The notes: generated from the letters alone by a model not told the origin. Counted from the first letter of the whole stretch, positions 48,571 through 62,176 are shown. The stretch: DNA of 63,766 nucleotides, filler included, from Hyphochytrium catenoides (GCA_900088475.1; 9 parts of 9 records of this genome joined end to end with filler, not necessarily neighbours in it); one strand, 5' to 3'. Translations and numbers: made by a program.

Positions 48571-49506
48571 CAGCTGGTTGGCCAAGCTTCAGTGTGATCA
48601 TCGTGCCGCTCTTGTTGAGGCTTCCCGTCCTCCCTCTTGTTGGCCATTGGTTTCCATTGGCAAAGGTTCTGAGTCTTCAAAATCTCTTTCGTCAGCAGAT
48701 GATGGTTTGTCTTGGCGCTACGGGCCTCTTCTTCTTCTTCTTCTGCTCCGTTTCCTATTGTTATTGCCCAAGAGTTCATCGATGATTCTTCTTCCTTCTT
48801 TTGAAAATGACGGTGAAGAAGGAGGAGAAAGAGTTGAAGAAGAGTCCAGGGCTTTGTAGCTCTCGTCGCGTCTCCATTTTCTTCTTTCTTCTTCTCCTCT
48901 TTCTCCTTCTTTTATTTCTTCTTTGTTGGTTATAGGATTATTATCCCACAATAAGGAAAAAACACGAGTGAAAAGAAGGCATGAAGATGCAAAGGTAAAG
49001 ACGGAGGGGAGAAAGAGAGAGAGAGAAGAGAGAGAGGGGGAGAGAGAGAGAACGAGGAAAGAGAGAGAACGAGGAAAGAGAGAGAACGAGGAAAGAGAGA
49101 GAGAAAGAGAGAGAGGAGAGGGTGGGAGGAACCCAAAAATAGAGAAATAACCACTAGTAAGAAGAAGGGATAGAAGCAAAAGCAAAGACGGAGGGGAGAG
49201 AAAGAAGAGAGAACGAGGAAAGAGAGAGAGACAGAGAGCGAAATGAGACAGAGAGAGAAGGAGGGAAAGAGGGATCTGAGTACAGGGGGTCGATGGGAGG
49301 AAGAACGTATCCTCTTCTACTTCTAGTACCTTTCCTCGTCTGTATACCTCTTTAGGCTAAGAGAGAGAGGGAGGAAGGATAGATAAAGTTGGGACGGATG
49401 GGAGGAGGAAGAGGGACAGAAAGAGAGGAAAGAGAGAGAGAGANNNNNNNNNNNNNNNNNNNNNNNNNNNNNNNNGAGAAAGAAAGAAAGAAAAACGACA
49501 TCTTCT

Positions 49507-51307
49507 TCACGTCTCTAGTCTATTCCATAGTTTGTAAGAAGGGATAGCCTGCCCGGGAGAGAGAGGAGAGGAAGGAAGAAGGAGGAGACACTTGGACTCC
49601 AGGACACTTCTCTCTCTCCCTTTTGCTCTCTCTCCTTCTTCCTGGGAAACATTCCAGGCATAGGTACACTCTAATTCAGAAGGAGAGAGCAGAAGCTTTC
49701 TGTGTATCTGGATGTCTCTCTCTCTCTCTTCCTCCCTCGCGCACGCGACTATTCCTGCCGTTAATTCACATGCGGAGAGAAGCCGAGAAGAGTGTCTCTC
49801 TCTCCCAAGATACTGCCAAGATATCATAAGGGCATCCAGGATGTTGTACGTCTTTCTCTTCTCTCTCTCCTCTTCTTTCTCTCTTTCTTTACCTCTGGCC
49901 CCTAATTCAGCTTCTTCTCTCTCTTGCTTCTCTTTCTCTCTCTCATCTTCTCTTTCTCTCTCTTCTTCTCTTTTGTTATTTTCTTCCCCTTCCTTCTCTT
50001 CCGTCAGTTCGACGAGGAGAAGGGTCCCGTTAGGAACTCTGAGTAAAGACTTTCCTTTCTTTCTCTCTTCTTCGTCCCAGTAATATTCATACCCTATGTC
50101 TCTCTCTTCCCCTTCTTCTGTTTCTCTCTCTCTTTCGTCTGTCTCTCTTTTTACTTGGCTCTTTTTCCTCTGGATCCTGTAGAGGAAGAGAACCCGATCG
50201 AAGAGAGAGAGAAGGAGTCCGAGTCTTCTCTCTCCTCGAGTGATGGGGAGAAGAGAGAAAGAGGAGAGGAGAGAGAGAGGAGAGGTAGAAATGAGAGGAA
50301 GAGAGACTCCAAGTTCTCTTTCTTCTAGAAGAGGGATGAGTCTCTCTTCCTCTCCTCCAAGGAGAACCCTTACTTGATCTTCAAGAGAGAGATTTCTCAC
50401 TCTCTCCACTACTGCTGGAGAGGGAGACGAAGAAGAGAGAAGAAGAGAAGAGAGAGAGAGAAGAGAGAAATGTGTCTCTTGTTTTGAAGGAGAAGAAGAG
50501 AGAGAGGGAGAAACAGAAGAGAGAGGGATGTTCCATAGCTCCAGAGCTTTCTTCCGTATCTCTCTCTTGTTTACGAAGGGAGAGAGGTCTCTCTGCATAT
50601 AATACCTGAGGATATCTTGCAGTGCGACGATCTGTTTCCTCACTGTTCTCTCCGCAAAATCTTTCACTCTCTCTCGGAAGAGAAGAGAGAGAGAAGGAGA
50701 GACAGAAGCGAAGAGAGAAGGAGAGAGAAAGTCGATAATGTCTTTCTCAGGTTTGGACGATGGGCCTCCAAAGCCCAAATCTCCTAGCTTCTCATTGAGA
50801 AAGAAGAGAAAGTCAGTCACTCTCTCTTCTTCATCTTTCTCTTCTCTCTCTCTCTCTTTCTCTCTCTTTCCTCCTCTCCTTCTCCTTCCTCGACAGACCA
50901 AAAATCTCTCCGAATTGGCCGGACGACTTTGAATAGGCTTTGTCAGTGTCACACTTTCAAAAAAGAAAGAGAGAAGAGAGAGAAGAGAGAGAGAGAAAGA
51001 GGAAAAAGAGTCAAGAAAGAGCTTGACCACAAAGGTTCCTCCCTCTCTCAAGAGAAGAAGAGAAGACAGAACTTCGCAGAGAATCATTCTTTTGGAGAGA
51101 AACTCTCCTCTCCAGTCATTTCTGACAGAAAAGCCTCCATCAGAGAGAAGAAGAGCGGCGCCTCTCCCTCCTGTTCCCTTTCTGACTTTCTCTTGAAGAG
51201 AGAGAAGATTCTCTCTCTTAAGAATGTCTCCATCGTTTCTCTCTCCGTACTCTGTCTCAAAGGTTTGTGCGGAAATGTTGGGCTTGAAACGGTGCAGAGC
51301 AAAGTCG
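49507..51307 (-). CDS. CMTR1: Cap-specific mRNA 2'-O-methyltransferase 1 (FtsJ/RrmJ fold), last exon; 5' part unresolved
   Basis: YG..DGDI..ENL, LSDGGFSV, GGTFVVKLF and KPIQSRPANSERFLVC supply the D-K-E of the K-D-K-E tetrad. Downstream PNGTLLLVEL..ILDAL resembles the guanylyltransferase-like domain. Likely acceptor is CACAG|C at 51308/51307. Confidence 0.85.
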
Positions 51308-53793
51308 CTGTGTTTATGTAGGGGCGAGGGGCAGAGAGAGAGAGAAAGAGGTAAAGTAAGAAAGAGAAAGAGAGAGAAAAGTAAGACAAAGAGAGAAAAA
51401 GAGAAAGAGAGAGAACAGTAAGACAGAGAGAATAAGAGAGAGAGAGAACGAGAGAGAGAGAGAGAGAGGGAGAGAGAGGGAGAGGGAGAGAGAGAATGAG
51501 AAAAGAGAGAGACAGTCAGACAGAGAAATTGAAACAACGAGATTTGTGACGAGCGCCCAAGGGACAAAGAAAGAGTTAGACAACTAAAAAAGGGAGAAAA
51601 GGAGAGAGGGAGAGACAGAGAGAGAGAGAGACACAGAGAGAGAGACAGAGAGAGAGAGACAGAGAGAGCGGTTCGATACGTAGATAGACGCAGGAAGGGT
51701 AGGTTACAGGAAAGGAGACATTGCGTTTGACGGCTTTAGACGCAAGCCAACCGCAGGGAGAGAGAGAAAGAGAGACANNNNNNNNNNNNNNNNNNNNNNN
51801 NNNNNNNNNNNNNNNNNNNNNTTAATTAATTAANNNNNNNNNNNNNNNNNNNNNNNNNNNNNNNNNNNNNNNNNNNNGAGAGAGAGAGAGGAGCAGACTC
51901 TTCTAATAAGAGCTTCAGAAGAGAAGGTCAAATACCTCTCATCACCCCAGCTAGCGGTTACCGGCCACACTGCTGCACAGATATCTGCAGCTTTTTATAA
52001 ATTACTGAGGATCCTCACACAATGGCTCCACGGGCGAAGGGGCAGTAGAACCAGGCTCCACAGGCGAAGGAGCAGCAGAACCAGGACCGCCTGCCTTGCC
52101 GGCTCGTCGCTCCTGATCCTCTTGCAGCTCACAGCAGCAGAACTACAGAGGCCCGAGCACACTTCTTGCTCGTTGTGCCTGTCGTCTTTGCTCTGCTATT
52201 ATTTGCGACACATCATAGGGCATCTGTGACGAGATGAGGACGTTGGCGTTAGCGGAGTGCTGACCGCACAGAGGATCGATGCTCAGTGTGAGCAAGGTCT
52301 TAGCTAGCCTGCGCTTGTGTCTTATTGGTGAGAAGAAGCTTTAGTGAGCCGACGGAGGGACTATGATGGAAGACGATCCTACAGAAGCAGAGAAAATAGC
52401 GACTTTTCAATCAATACGTGGCGGTGACTCTTGAACAGTTACTCTTCCTTGAGCATAACAGGTGTCTCTTGAACTCAATGAGTCGACACAAAGGCAGTGA
52501 GCTAATGAAGGGATCAAGAGGGGGCAGACACGCCTGAGGCTGGGGAGGAAAGAAGAGAGGATTATGATTGTTCTATCACACCAGCGCATAACGAATTTCT
52601 TTCAGAGACGAATCCGACCACCGCAAGAGCAGCAGCAGGACCGTCCTCTTCCTCCTGACCGACCCACAATAATAGCTGAAGCACCAAGCGAGGGAGATAA
52701 CAACGGCCGCCACAGCGCAGGATCTCCAAGAAGGTCGTTTGATGTACAGACTATAGGTAAGGGGAGCCCTAGAAAGCATCATGCCCTAGTTAGGCTCAAA
52801 CGACAGGAAGACGGATAAGAGCGATACGTGGAGAGAAGAGAGCTCAGACACGGGACGCCAGCAGCCAGCTGCCTGGCGCACCACAGAGAGCCTAGCTTAG
52901 GGCATGATGACCCAGCCCGAGCATCACTGCCTCCCTTTATAGCAGGGGCAGGGCAGACAAGGGGCGGTGTCAATGTGACCTCACTGGAAGCCTCACCACC
53001 CATACAGCCATAAACAAAAAGTTATTATTCTATCTACCATAAACGCCTTGCATAGTCCAGCGCCTTGATGGCGCATTGCCGTCTTGACGGTTTGATGATG
53101 ACTGCTGTTCCAAGGATGTGCTTCTATTGAGACTTCTGTGTGGCAGTGCTATTTGTCTTTGTTTCGTTCCTAGTTATGATTTCTGACGACCTCAAGCAGC
53201 ATACGCCCCTATCTGTCAACTCATGGAGGCTCTCCGCTTCGGTCTGTCAGAACCCGTCACCCGTCAGAGTCTTCTTGGAGAATAGATAGAGCTGGTCCCT
53301 AGACAGATTCAATAACCAAAGTAGCGCTAGGACGATATGGCCGTGACAGGACAATCTCGTGCATAAGAAGAGGGTTGGACCATAAAGTGCAAGACGGCTT
53401 AGAGCTAATCTTCTCTCATTGCACGATGCCGTTAGCCCGCTNNNNNNNNNNNNNNNNNNNNNNNNNNNNNNNNNNNNNNNNNNNNTTAATTAATTAANNN
53501 NNNNNNNNNNNNNNNNNNNNNNNNNNNNNNNNNNNNNNNNNCAAAAGATTTGTACATGATTCTCCCTACACCATTTGTAAAATACAATTTATTTGTCCAC
53601 GTTTTTCGCCCGACTATTTGTAAAGTACAAACCATCTATATGTCCATTTGTCCAATGTGTGCAATATTGTGACAACCCTCATCTCTTCCCTTACCAACAA
53701 AAATCGGGATTGAGATAGATGATCTAAGAACCTTCCTGAATGAACAGCGCAGACAAAGCGATTTGCTCAAAGAGATGATGACTAACGAAGACT

Positions 53794-54499
53794 TCAGTGA
53801 CAAGCTCCTCTTTCACCAGTAGTAGTCTCCTGCTGAGCAGCTACAGCTCTACGGCGATTAAGCTCATTGCTGCTGAGAAGCTCTTCCACTTGATCAGCAG
53901 TCAGAGGAGTGCCAGTACCGCGGACCTGAATTGCTTCCACAGTGCCTCGGAAGAATGATACTGGCAACCCCATTAGGATGGATGCAAGAAGGAGCTTGTC
54001 ACTGACGTCTTCGTTAGTCATCGTCTCTTTGGGCAAATCGCTTTGTCTGGGTTGTTCTTTTAGCAGGAAGGTTCTTAGATCATCTCCATCCCTATGTTTG
54101 TTAGTACGGAGTAATAAGGAAAGAGATTAGGGTGGTCGCAATATTGTGGACATTGCGGCTCTCGAACTCCTCTTGCAGTTTCAACCATGCCTCCCCGGCA
54201 GTTCCCTTCCTTGGTAAAAGCGCACGAGGTTGTCGGACACGGCAAGGACAATCTTGTTGTAGGCTTTCTTCTTGTCATCCCTGAGCCATTTTGAGTCCTG
54301 TTCACGTCCTGCTGTTTTCTTGTCCTCCTTTTTAGCGTCCACTGTAGAGGCTCCAGAGGGTTCTGGATCCGTAATGTGGTCCAGTAGACCTAGCTCGTCC
54401 AGATAGGCTTCCATTTTGACACTCCAGATGGGATAGTCATCTTGTCTGTCCTTGAAACTTGTTGATGGATAGAGTTCCTGAGGAGGTTTGAGAGTCCAT
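53794..54499 (-). pseudogene. Ty1/copia gag, frameshifted
   Basis: DYPIWSVKMEAYLDELGLLDHI, W..DDKKAYNKIVLAVSD, WLKLQEEFE and ASILMGLP..F appear across several frames with stops. Confidence 0.82.
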
Positions 54500-54955
54500 T
54501 TTCTCTAGAAGTAGAAAGGGTATGTGAGTTTTAGAAACTGCAGAATCGTAATCTCCGCGACAAACTGGGTGTTCCAGTATTGTTGACAGTAATTTTGACA
54601 GAATGTCAAAAACTGTCCTCCAAATGGTGTCAAAAAAAGGGTATTGCACATCGCAAACTGGTATAATTGATACACTTTTGTGAATCAGAGCTTTGACTGT
54701 CAATTCACAAAAGCGTCAAATATGGTCAATTACCGTCAGATATCCTGTCAAAGATCGGGACAATGACAAAAATTGGCGATAATTGACTCAAAGCTGGTAG
54801 ATTCACTCGTGGGTTGTGAATTTACAGCTGGGGACGGTAGTGCAATGGTCTTCGGTTGCCGATCCTGGAGGAGCGTTGGACACTCGAGGGGGAAGCTTGA
54901 TCTTGATCTTGGTTTGGTTGGTCCAGAGTGCTCGCTGAGGTCCTGGAGGGAGCGT

Positions 54956-55295
54956 GAGCCGATAACCTGTTATAATGTATCGGATATGAAGACACTCTTA
55001 TGTCCTAGGTTACGTTACGTGGTCCTACTGCTCAGAGTGAGTATGAAGGGCTTATGGGACGGTGTTTCCTAGTTATCACGTTGTCTAGTTATCTGCAGAG
55101 TAACTGTCTCTCGTATAAACTACCTGACTCAGTTACTACTTCTTGACGTCACATGATGACTTACCGGATGATAATAACCGATTTATCATAACTCTGAAAC
55201 ACTTTGTTTTGTCCCTTCTTCCTCTCGTCAGATAGAGTCTGGAACTGTTGTGAGCCTTTTACAAATAGAGCTTTTGTCAGCTTCTGCTCTCAACA
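54956..55295 (-). mobile_element. Copia 5' LTR (55295-54968, TGTTG...TAACA, 328 bp) and adjacent PBS-like GGTTATCGGCTC
   Basis: TG...CA termini directly upstream of the gag leader. The first ~110 bp recur right after the PPT of the pol fragment at 62863. Confidence 0.78.
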
Positions 55296-58200
55296 GTGCG
55301 TCATCCGCCCCGATAATGATGGTCGCCTCCTACCTCTCAACGAGCCCTCAAGATTCTGATGACTTTGAGCGAAGAACAACCGTGATTTGATACCACCACA
55401 GAGCAAGACGGAGTGGTCACGAGAAAGGAGTGAGCTCTAGTGAGAGTGAAGAAAGTAACACGAGCAGGTTTGTCGTCGCTGAGCGCCACAGCAGCTTCTT
55501 TCCGCGATAAGAAGAATGTGGTCCCCGGAGATGAGAAGAGGAGCGAGACTGAGAGTCTCCTCTAAACATTGCTATCATGCAGAGAAAAGAAGAGGAAGTC
55601 TTTCCTCACTAAGAGGTTTACCTACTAGATATGCATGTAGTAGAGACAAAGCAGAAGAGAGACCAAAGAAGTAGTAGCGTAACAGAAAAGGAGGTGAGAG
55701 GAGAGAAAGCCTTCTTCTCTCGTGCGTTAACACACTTTGACTACTGTTGAGCTGATAATGCTCTCTTCTTCTGCAGACAAACTGAGGAAGCCACTTCCCA
55801 ACTCGTTCTATTAGTCCCAAAGCAAACGTTTGTATGCTTGTGTCAAAGCCAAAGCTGGAGACAGCTCCGGTTACGAACAACAGGATCCCGGTTCCCTATC
55901 CTCCCGCTGGTCAGGTGTCAGAGTCTTAAGCACTCAAGCCCTCCTAACAGGCGGTTGAGACCAAGAAGACTCCCTTGATCAAACACACTCTGCGTACTCC
56001 TTCGTTGAGGTATTGCTAGACTCCTCTGTTGTTATCTACCTGATATTCTTATCGCTAACCATCCCCTACCGTATAGGGAAGAGGATGAGCTGTATGTACC
56101 ATTCCTACAAGCGACGCAGCGTCCAATATGGCCGGGCGAGTTGTTGTGCTGACCTGATACTCCGTCTCCACCCTCAGTCCTTCAATATGTTTGTAGATAT
56201 GAGTGGCTACGTGGCTTCACCATAAGGTAACTGTAGCTAAGGTCCGGAAGTGAGCAGTTTATCGGTGCAGTGGCAATCTTGGTCCTCGACCTCTAAGTAC
56301 TCTTAGCTGGTCACGGCATTGCTGCTCATAGTGATAATTGATTGCCCAGAAACTCTCGCCGATTGAGACTTTCCGATTCCGTCGTGCAGATCGTGATTGA
56401 TTGTCAGGTCTTCATTCGTTGAGATGTGATAGCATTGGTTATAGAGTGAAAGTTAGCTTGGTCAGCTTCGTCGGTGGTTGGTTGCATCTGCTTTCTTATA
56501 CCACCCCAAACCTTAATGGAGCCAGTTTCTCTATCCCTCAAACCCAGGGAAGTCTCACCTGGCGAGAGTTTGTAGGCAATGATTTCTAAAGCAGGAAAGC
56601 CGTGACCAGCTAAGAGTACTCCAAGGTCGATAACTAAGATGATCGCCAATTTTAAGAGACAACCGGAAGGGATCTTAAAGATAAGTTTCCGGACGCTCAG
56701 CCTACCACCAGGAGGAGGAAACCGTCTCGGGTTTACGTATCTGTGCCACGGATTGAATAATCTGCAGACTGATTTCTGAAGCAGCAATTAACCCACAACA
56801 TTGGCCCACATCTACCGATAACGAATTTACTAAGAGGACTAATCTGGGCTGGCAGCGGCAGTGAGAAAAGCCTCCTTGCGGCTCCAAACGCAGCAATTGA
56901 AGCAGCTGGAAAATGGTGTGTTTAGCTTTAGAGAGATAGCGCTAAGCCTGACTGACTGCCACTCCCTGCTCGATAAATCATTTCCCTTCTTCCTTCTCCT
57001 ATATATCTGCTGTAGAGCAACAGAGATCTCTCTGTCTATTCTCTCTTCTTTCTCTTCTCCTCGTCCCTTGCTGCTCTTGGGATAATCCCTTCAACTCCTT
57101 GTGCACTATCCTACTACTCTTTGGAACCTTCCTGACCTCTCCTCCTCCTCTCTCGCCTAGGAACAGCTCCCGATCCCTGCCTGTTCTTCACTTTCCATGA
57201 TGCTCTGTGAGACTCCAAGCATCTACCATAAGCATGAGAAAGTCCCACCCAGACTTTCCCCTCCTTAGCTGAGATTGTTCATAGGTCAGAAGGTTTCCGG
57301 GACCTCACAGCCGCTTAAACTCAGGCGTCCTTATTATGGCCGCAGCAAGGAGGGATGAGGGCGATTTGCCGCAAGGGTAGCTGCTGCTGCGCTGGGACCA
57401 CCAGCAGGCGAACAGACTGAACTAAGCCCAAGGCCTAACCGACCTATAGATACGCAAGAAGACTTCCAGCTACCTTAAGAGGAATGCGCGGCCTTGGATG
57501 ATCTAACTCATCACTCCGGACCGTGGCAGCATGTTGATCATGAACTGAGGCCCAACCACCCCTTCTCTCCTCAGCTGCTTGCCGTCTGCTACCTGTTGCC
57601 GCCGGGAACCCTTTATCGTCTCCCCTCGCACCCATAGTTCCTTGCACGTGCATTGGTGGCGAAAGAGTCTACATTAGCCCGGCGATACTATAGTTTCCTC
57701 GTCGCAGCTTCCTCCTTTCTATTGGATTTATCTTTCTCACTGTACTAGTTAAGTTCAGCTGCTTCGGTGTTTTATCAATATCATCTGGGCTGAGTTCTTG
57801 TTCTCTCTCGGCCTGGGGTCATGTGCAGACCGCTCTCCTCTTGTCATCACGGCACCATCTCGTTCTTCCCTAGTTACCCACCACCTCTTCCTTTTCTCAT
57901 GACCTCCTGCCGACTGTCAGTCGCCTTCTTTCTTTCGTTCGAGCTTGATGATTAGCGTGTGATGGGCTCGCTGGACGGCTCTCAAGGAGACTATTGTAGC
58001 CCATTCCCGAGATCTCTTCTCTTCCGCTCCATTAACATGTAGCCCCTTACAGTCATCATAGACCGAGATGCGGAAGAGGAGTCCGCGGGAGAGAGAGCTA
58101 TAAACGGGAAGGGAGAGGAAAGCGGGGACAAGCTGTCGCTGGACGAGCTTTCTTCAGAGGGTCGAGGTTCTGACTAGTCTCCTCTGTAATCGTTCCGATT

Positions 58201-60224
58201 CTCTTTTGGATCAACAGCAAATCTTTCCCCCCCATCTCTCTCAGCGTTGCCGCTGCCCCCGGCTCTCCTCCTTGAACTTCAGTGGGATTTTTTGGGCTAT
58301 GGGAAGAAGAAGAAAGATAGAGAAGGACAAGGTTTGCGGTTTATCTGGAAGTGGCAGGAATGGGCAGTGTTTGCTTGTTCATCTACGAGAGAGCAGCGCA
58401 GCGGACTCGTGCCTGATTACCTGTCTGGAGCTGGGGCTGGCGGACAGTGAGAAAAGAGAGCTGCGTTGGGTCAGGAGGAGGCTGCGCCCGGTATGGCAGC
58501 GTGTCGAGGCGTCGGCTTGGGCCTGGTTGCTGCTATCTTTGGCAATGCGGTTGGTGTATTGAGCCTCAGTGCTTCAGATCACCAGATAAACTCTGCGGCA
58601 TCTGCGACGGGATTGCCATGTTCCTTTTTGTCTCCAAAAAAGACGAAGACAAAAGTGTCTCTTTGCCTACTACTAGAGACAGAGAAAAGCGAGGTTCCAG
58701 GTACAAGAACCAGAGACTCAGCAGGAGCGCCCGGAGGTGAGAGGAGGGCGGCGCGGTACGCCGACAATGGAGCAGCCAGAGGTCACGTCCATCCCCGCAC
58801 CCGCGGCTGGGTTGGGCAAGCAAGAGATTATAGAGATTATAGAGAAGCTTCAGAGTCGGATTCGTTCCCTTACTCCTCTCTCCATTAGCTAAGGTGATGG
58901 CTGCAGCAGAGCCTGAGAAAGGCAGGCCGAGGTGGCGGTTCAGGACTATCTTACGGCAGTCTCCATCGCCATGACCAGTGCTAACAAGGGAAGATTGTTC
59001 CTCTGTCTACCGATTCTGAGACAGCTCCCGAGCCCCGCTGAAAGCGAAATCCCAGAAACCAGCGACATTTCACACGGCGTGGCAAGCCCTGGGCGGGGCG
59101 CGATGTCCTATGAACAGGCAGTGCTGCACGCGGTAAACTTTGGACTTAACGCTTTTGTCTACTTCGTCATGAAGAAAGAGAGTGCCACAAGGTGGAGAGT
59201 CGCCCCAGTAGTCACTGACGGCGGAGTCCTCGCTTACGCCTTTTTAGCTATGTCACAGTGGCAGCGCAGTGCCTTCAATACCTCGCACTGGACCCACTGT
59301 GGCTGTTCAAGGTAACGAGCAGGATCAAGGGACCCTTGTGCTGGGTTATCTGCAGCCCTGATTGCAGCCCTGAAGGGCCCTGCATGTTCTTCAGAGGAGA
59401 CATTGCAGCCTCACTGTTCCTCCAATCATCCTCTCTTTCTCCCTTCTAGGGCTACAGAGCGTTGTTTGGTTCTATGACAAGCAGCCCCTTGGTAGCAGGA
59501 AAGGCGGGATAGAGAGCGTAGAAAGAAGAAGCTGATGCCACAAGTAGAGCTCTTCGTCTTTTCCAGTCATTGGCTGCCCGGAGTGCCGCTCTTACCTCAC
59601 TCTGAGGACAAATCTCACCCGCTACCTCGATTCTTCTCTCTCCCTTGTCCAAGAGAGAAGACATAGAAAGACGATGAAAGTCTTATGCTCTTCCATGCCG
59701 CAGATCGCCGACCTGCTGCCCGGCAAAGTCCCTCATGAGCCCTCAGCTTATCCTTCTTCTTCCTGCTGCTTATGGCAACCCTGTGGCCACTCTGTCTCCG
59801 CCGCCTCGCAGCTCGGCAACAGAGGGACTGAGCTTGTTTCCTGTTCTTTTAGGTTTTGGAGGAACAGCTCAAGACAACTGTAGTTATGATGTCTTGCAGG
59901 AAGGATACTACTTCTTTTTTCTCCTCTTTCTTCCTCCTGACCTCTTTCTCTTGACGCCCTAAAGATAGCGATGGTGCACTTTATATGTCACTCTCTATTC
60001 TTATCTCCACTCAGACAAGTTTTGCGTGTCACTTAGGAGGTTCCTTTGCTTTTCCCATTCACTTCATAGAGTTTGTGCTAGAAGAATGTGTTATTATTCA
60101 GAGCTTTAAGAGAAAGATCTCTTCCACGCCCTGCTTGGGTCTGAAGTGAGACCTGCGCAGCCAACCAAGAACTAACACAAACGCATCCTTGCAGTCTGTC
60201 GCACTTTTCTCAAACCTATCCACA

Positions 60225-61258
60225 GTGTAAGGTAAGTAGACCAGGGACGGGTCTTGAAGGCGAGTGAGAAGGTGCTTTGTCTGCAATTGGCTGGCCAGGC
60301 CTCAGCCCAGACAAGCACCGCAGACGGAGATTTCGCGGGAGCGCGGGCAAGTAACAAGATGCCTTCGACTTCAGAGAGAAGTTTATCAACGACTGAAATC
60401 TAGAGGGTAAGGAGAGAGGCTCCTTTGAGAGCGTTCACTCTACCTGATGATGCAAAGATAGAGGTAGTAACATGGAAGAGAGAACGCATCAAGAGGTTAT
60501 CGTACAAATATGCAAAGAGGTAGAGAGCAGGAAGGGAAAAGAAAGAAAGTATCGATCGTCAGAGCCATCGTTGCCCACTCATATCAGGACTACCCGGTCG
60601 TGAAGTGTACTCTATAAGAGGTGAGGTCACAACCGATGCCCTCACTGCCAAGGTATAGACCAACACCGCCACCACCACTCAGTGGCCTCGGCGGCAACCA
60701 GAGCGAAACGAGGCTCCCACGAAGAGTTTAGGCAGTCCTAGCGCTGGTCTTGCTTCTCCGCTAAGCCAAGGTTTTCAAAGGGAAAGGGTGTTATATGTGT
60801 ACATCCTCTGACTGCTGCTAACCACCGGACTGCGCGCTGGATACGGATCGGCCGGTGTTTGGGATGTGACCTCACCTCTTAGAGAGTACTCTCACGAACG
60901 GGTAGTCCTGATATGAGTGGGCAAGGGATGCTCTCTTACTTTTCCCTTTCCTACTCTGTTCCTCTTTGCATATTTCTAGGATGGCCTCTTGATTCAATCT
61001 CTCTTGCATGTTACGACTTCTATCTTTGCATCATCAGGTAGACTGACTCTCCCGAGGGAGACTCTTTCCTTACCCTCTATATTGCGTTATAACCTCTCTC
61101 TTAAGTCGAAGGCATTTTGTTACTTGCGCGCGTTCCCGCGAAAATCTTCCTCTGTCTGCGTGGTGCTTGTCTGGACTGAAGCCCTGGCCAGCCATTGCAG
61201 ACAAAGCACCTTCTCACTCGCCTTGAAGACCCGTCCCTGGTCTTCTTACCCTATACAC
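60225..61258. repeat. Long imperfect inverted repeat, arms ~400 bp (60225-60631 / 60865-61258)
   Basis: Continuous reverse complementarity, e.g. GACCAGGGACGGGTCTT.AAGGCGAGTGAGAAGGTGCTTTGTCTGCAAT and TTGCCCACTCATATCAGGACTACCC. ORFs 60172(-) and 60989(+) share a peptide. Confidence 0.93.
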
Positions 61259-62117
61259 AGATGCAAGGTGGAGTCAGCGGAGAGGCTCTACCAAGCTTTA
61301 TAGAGTGGCGAGCCTAGTGGACGCCTCCTAACCTCTTATGCTCCAGAGTCCTTCTAACCGCAGGCGCAGTTTATGATGTTGAGCCGCCAGTGTCGACCCT
61401 TCGCTAGCTGAAGCTGCGTAAGAGGACAGTGCAAATTGCCTTGCCTTCGATAAGGTCTTAAGCTCCATGAGGAGCAAGGCGTTTGCTGAGTGTGCTCTCT
61501 TCAGCAGTATCTCAGCGTTATGAAGGCGTGCACTCGCTATGACGGGCGGCAGTGTCATGAGAAGGGTCTGAAAGCTCTACAGAGGTCGAAAGCGTCAGGA
61601 GGACGTTAGAGGATGGGTCTGAAAGGTGGACAGAGGCGGTCGCACTGACTGGCACAAGAGAGAGACACCCAGAGCGAGGAAAGAGGAAAGAGAAGAAAGA
61701 GACGGATTGAGCACAGAGCTCAAGCGAGCGAGACGCGCAAAGGAAGAGAGAGAGGAAGGACTCAGGGGGAAGAAAGTAGAAAAGTACTTTGTAAGAGAAA
61801 AACGGACAAGCATCTTTGGGCCGTCAGATCCCTGATAAGCTCCGATCCTATCTAGAACACATCCACGAGAAGCTGGTCACTGTCATACTGTACTGTAATA
61901 ACACGTCAAAATTCCATGGTCATACCAAAATAGTGGTCGAACTGGGTGTAATTCTGCATATATGGTCTTTGACCGAAACTAAATGATCTCTATTTCGGAC
62001 ATTAGAGCTGTCCTTTTGTGACCTTTCAGACTGCAGGAGAGGGGAGACAGAGAGAAAGAGAGAGAGAGAGACAGAGAGAGACACAGAGAGAGAGAGAGAG
62101 AGAAGAGAGAGACACAG

Positions 62118-62176
<59 letters not shown>

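Noticed and set aside
56640-56705. Telobox-like RDLKDKF peptide
   Set aside because: Needs a frameshift, is surrounded by stops, and lacks the rest of a Myb domain.
58206-59449. Overlapping ORFs with hydrophobic segments
   Set aside because: No recognisable family and no convincing splice model; may be a decayed gene.
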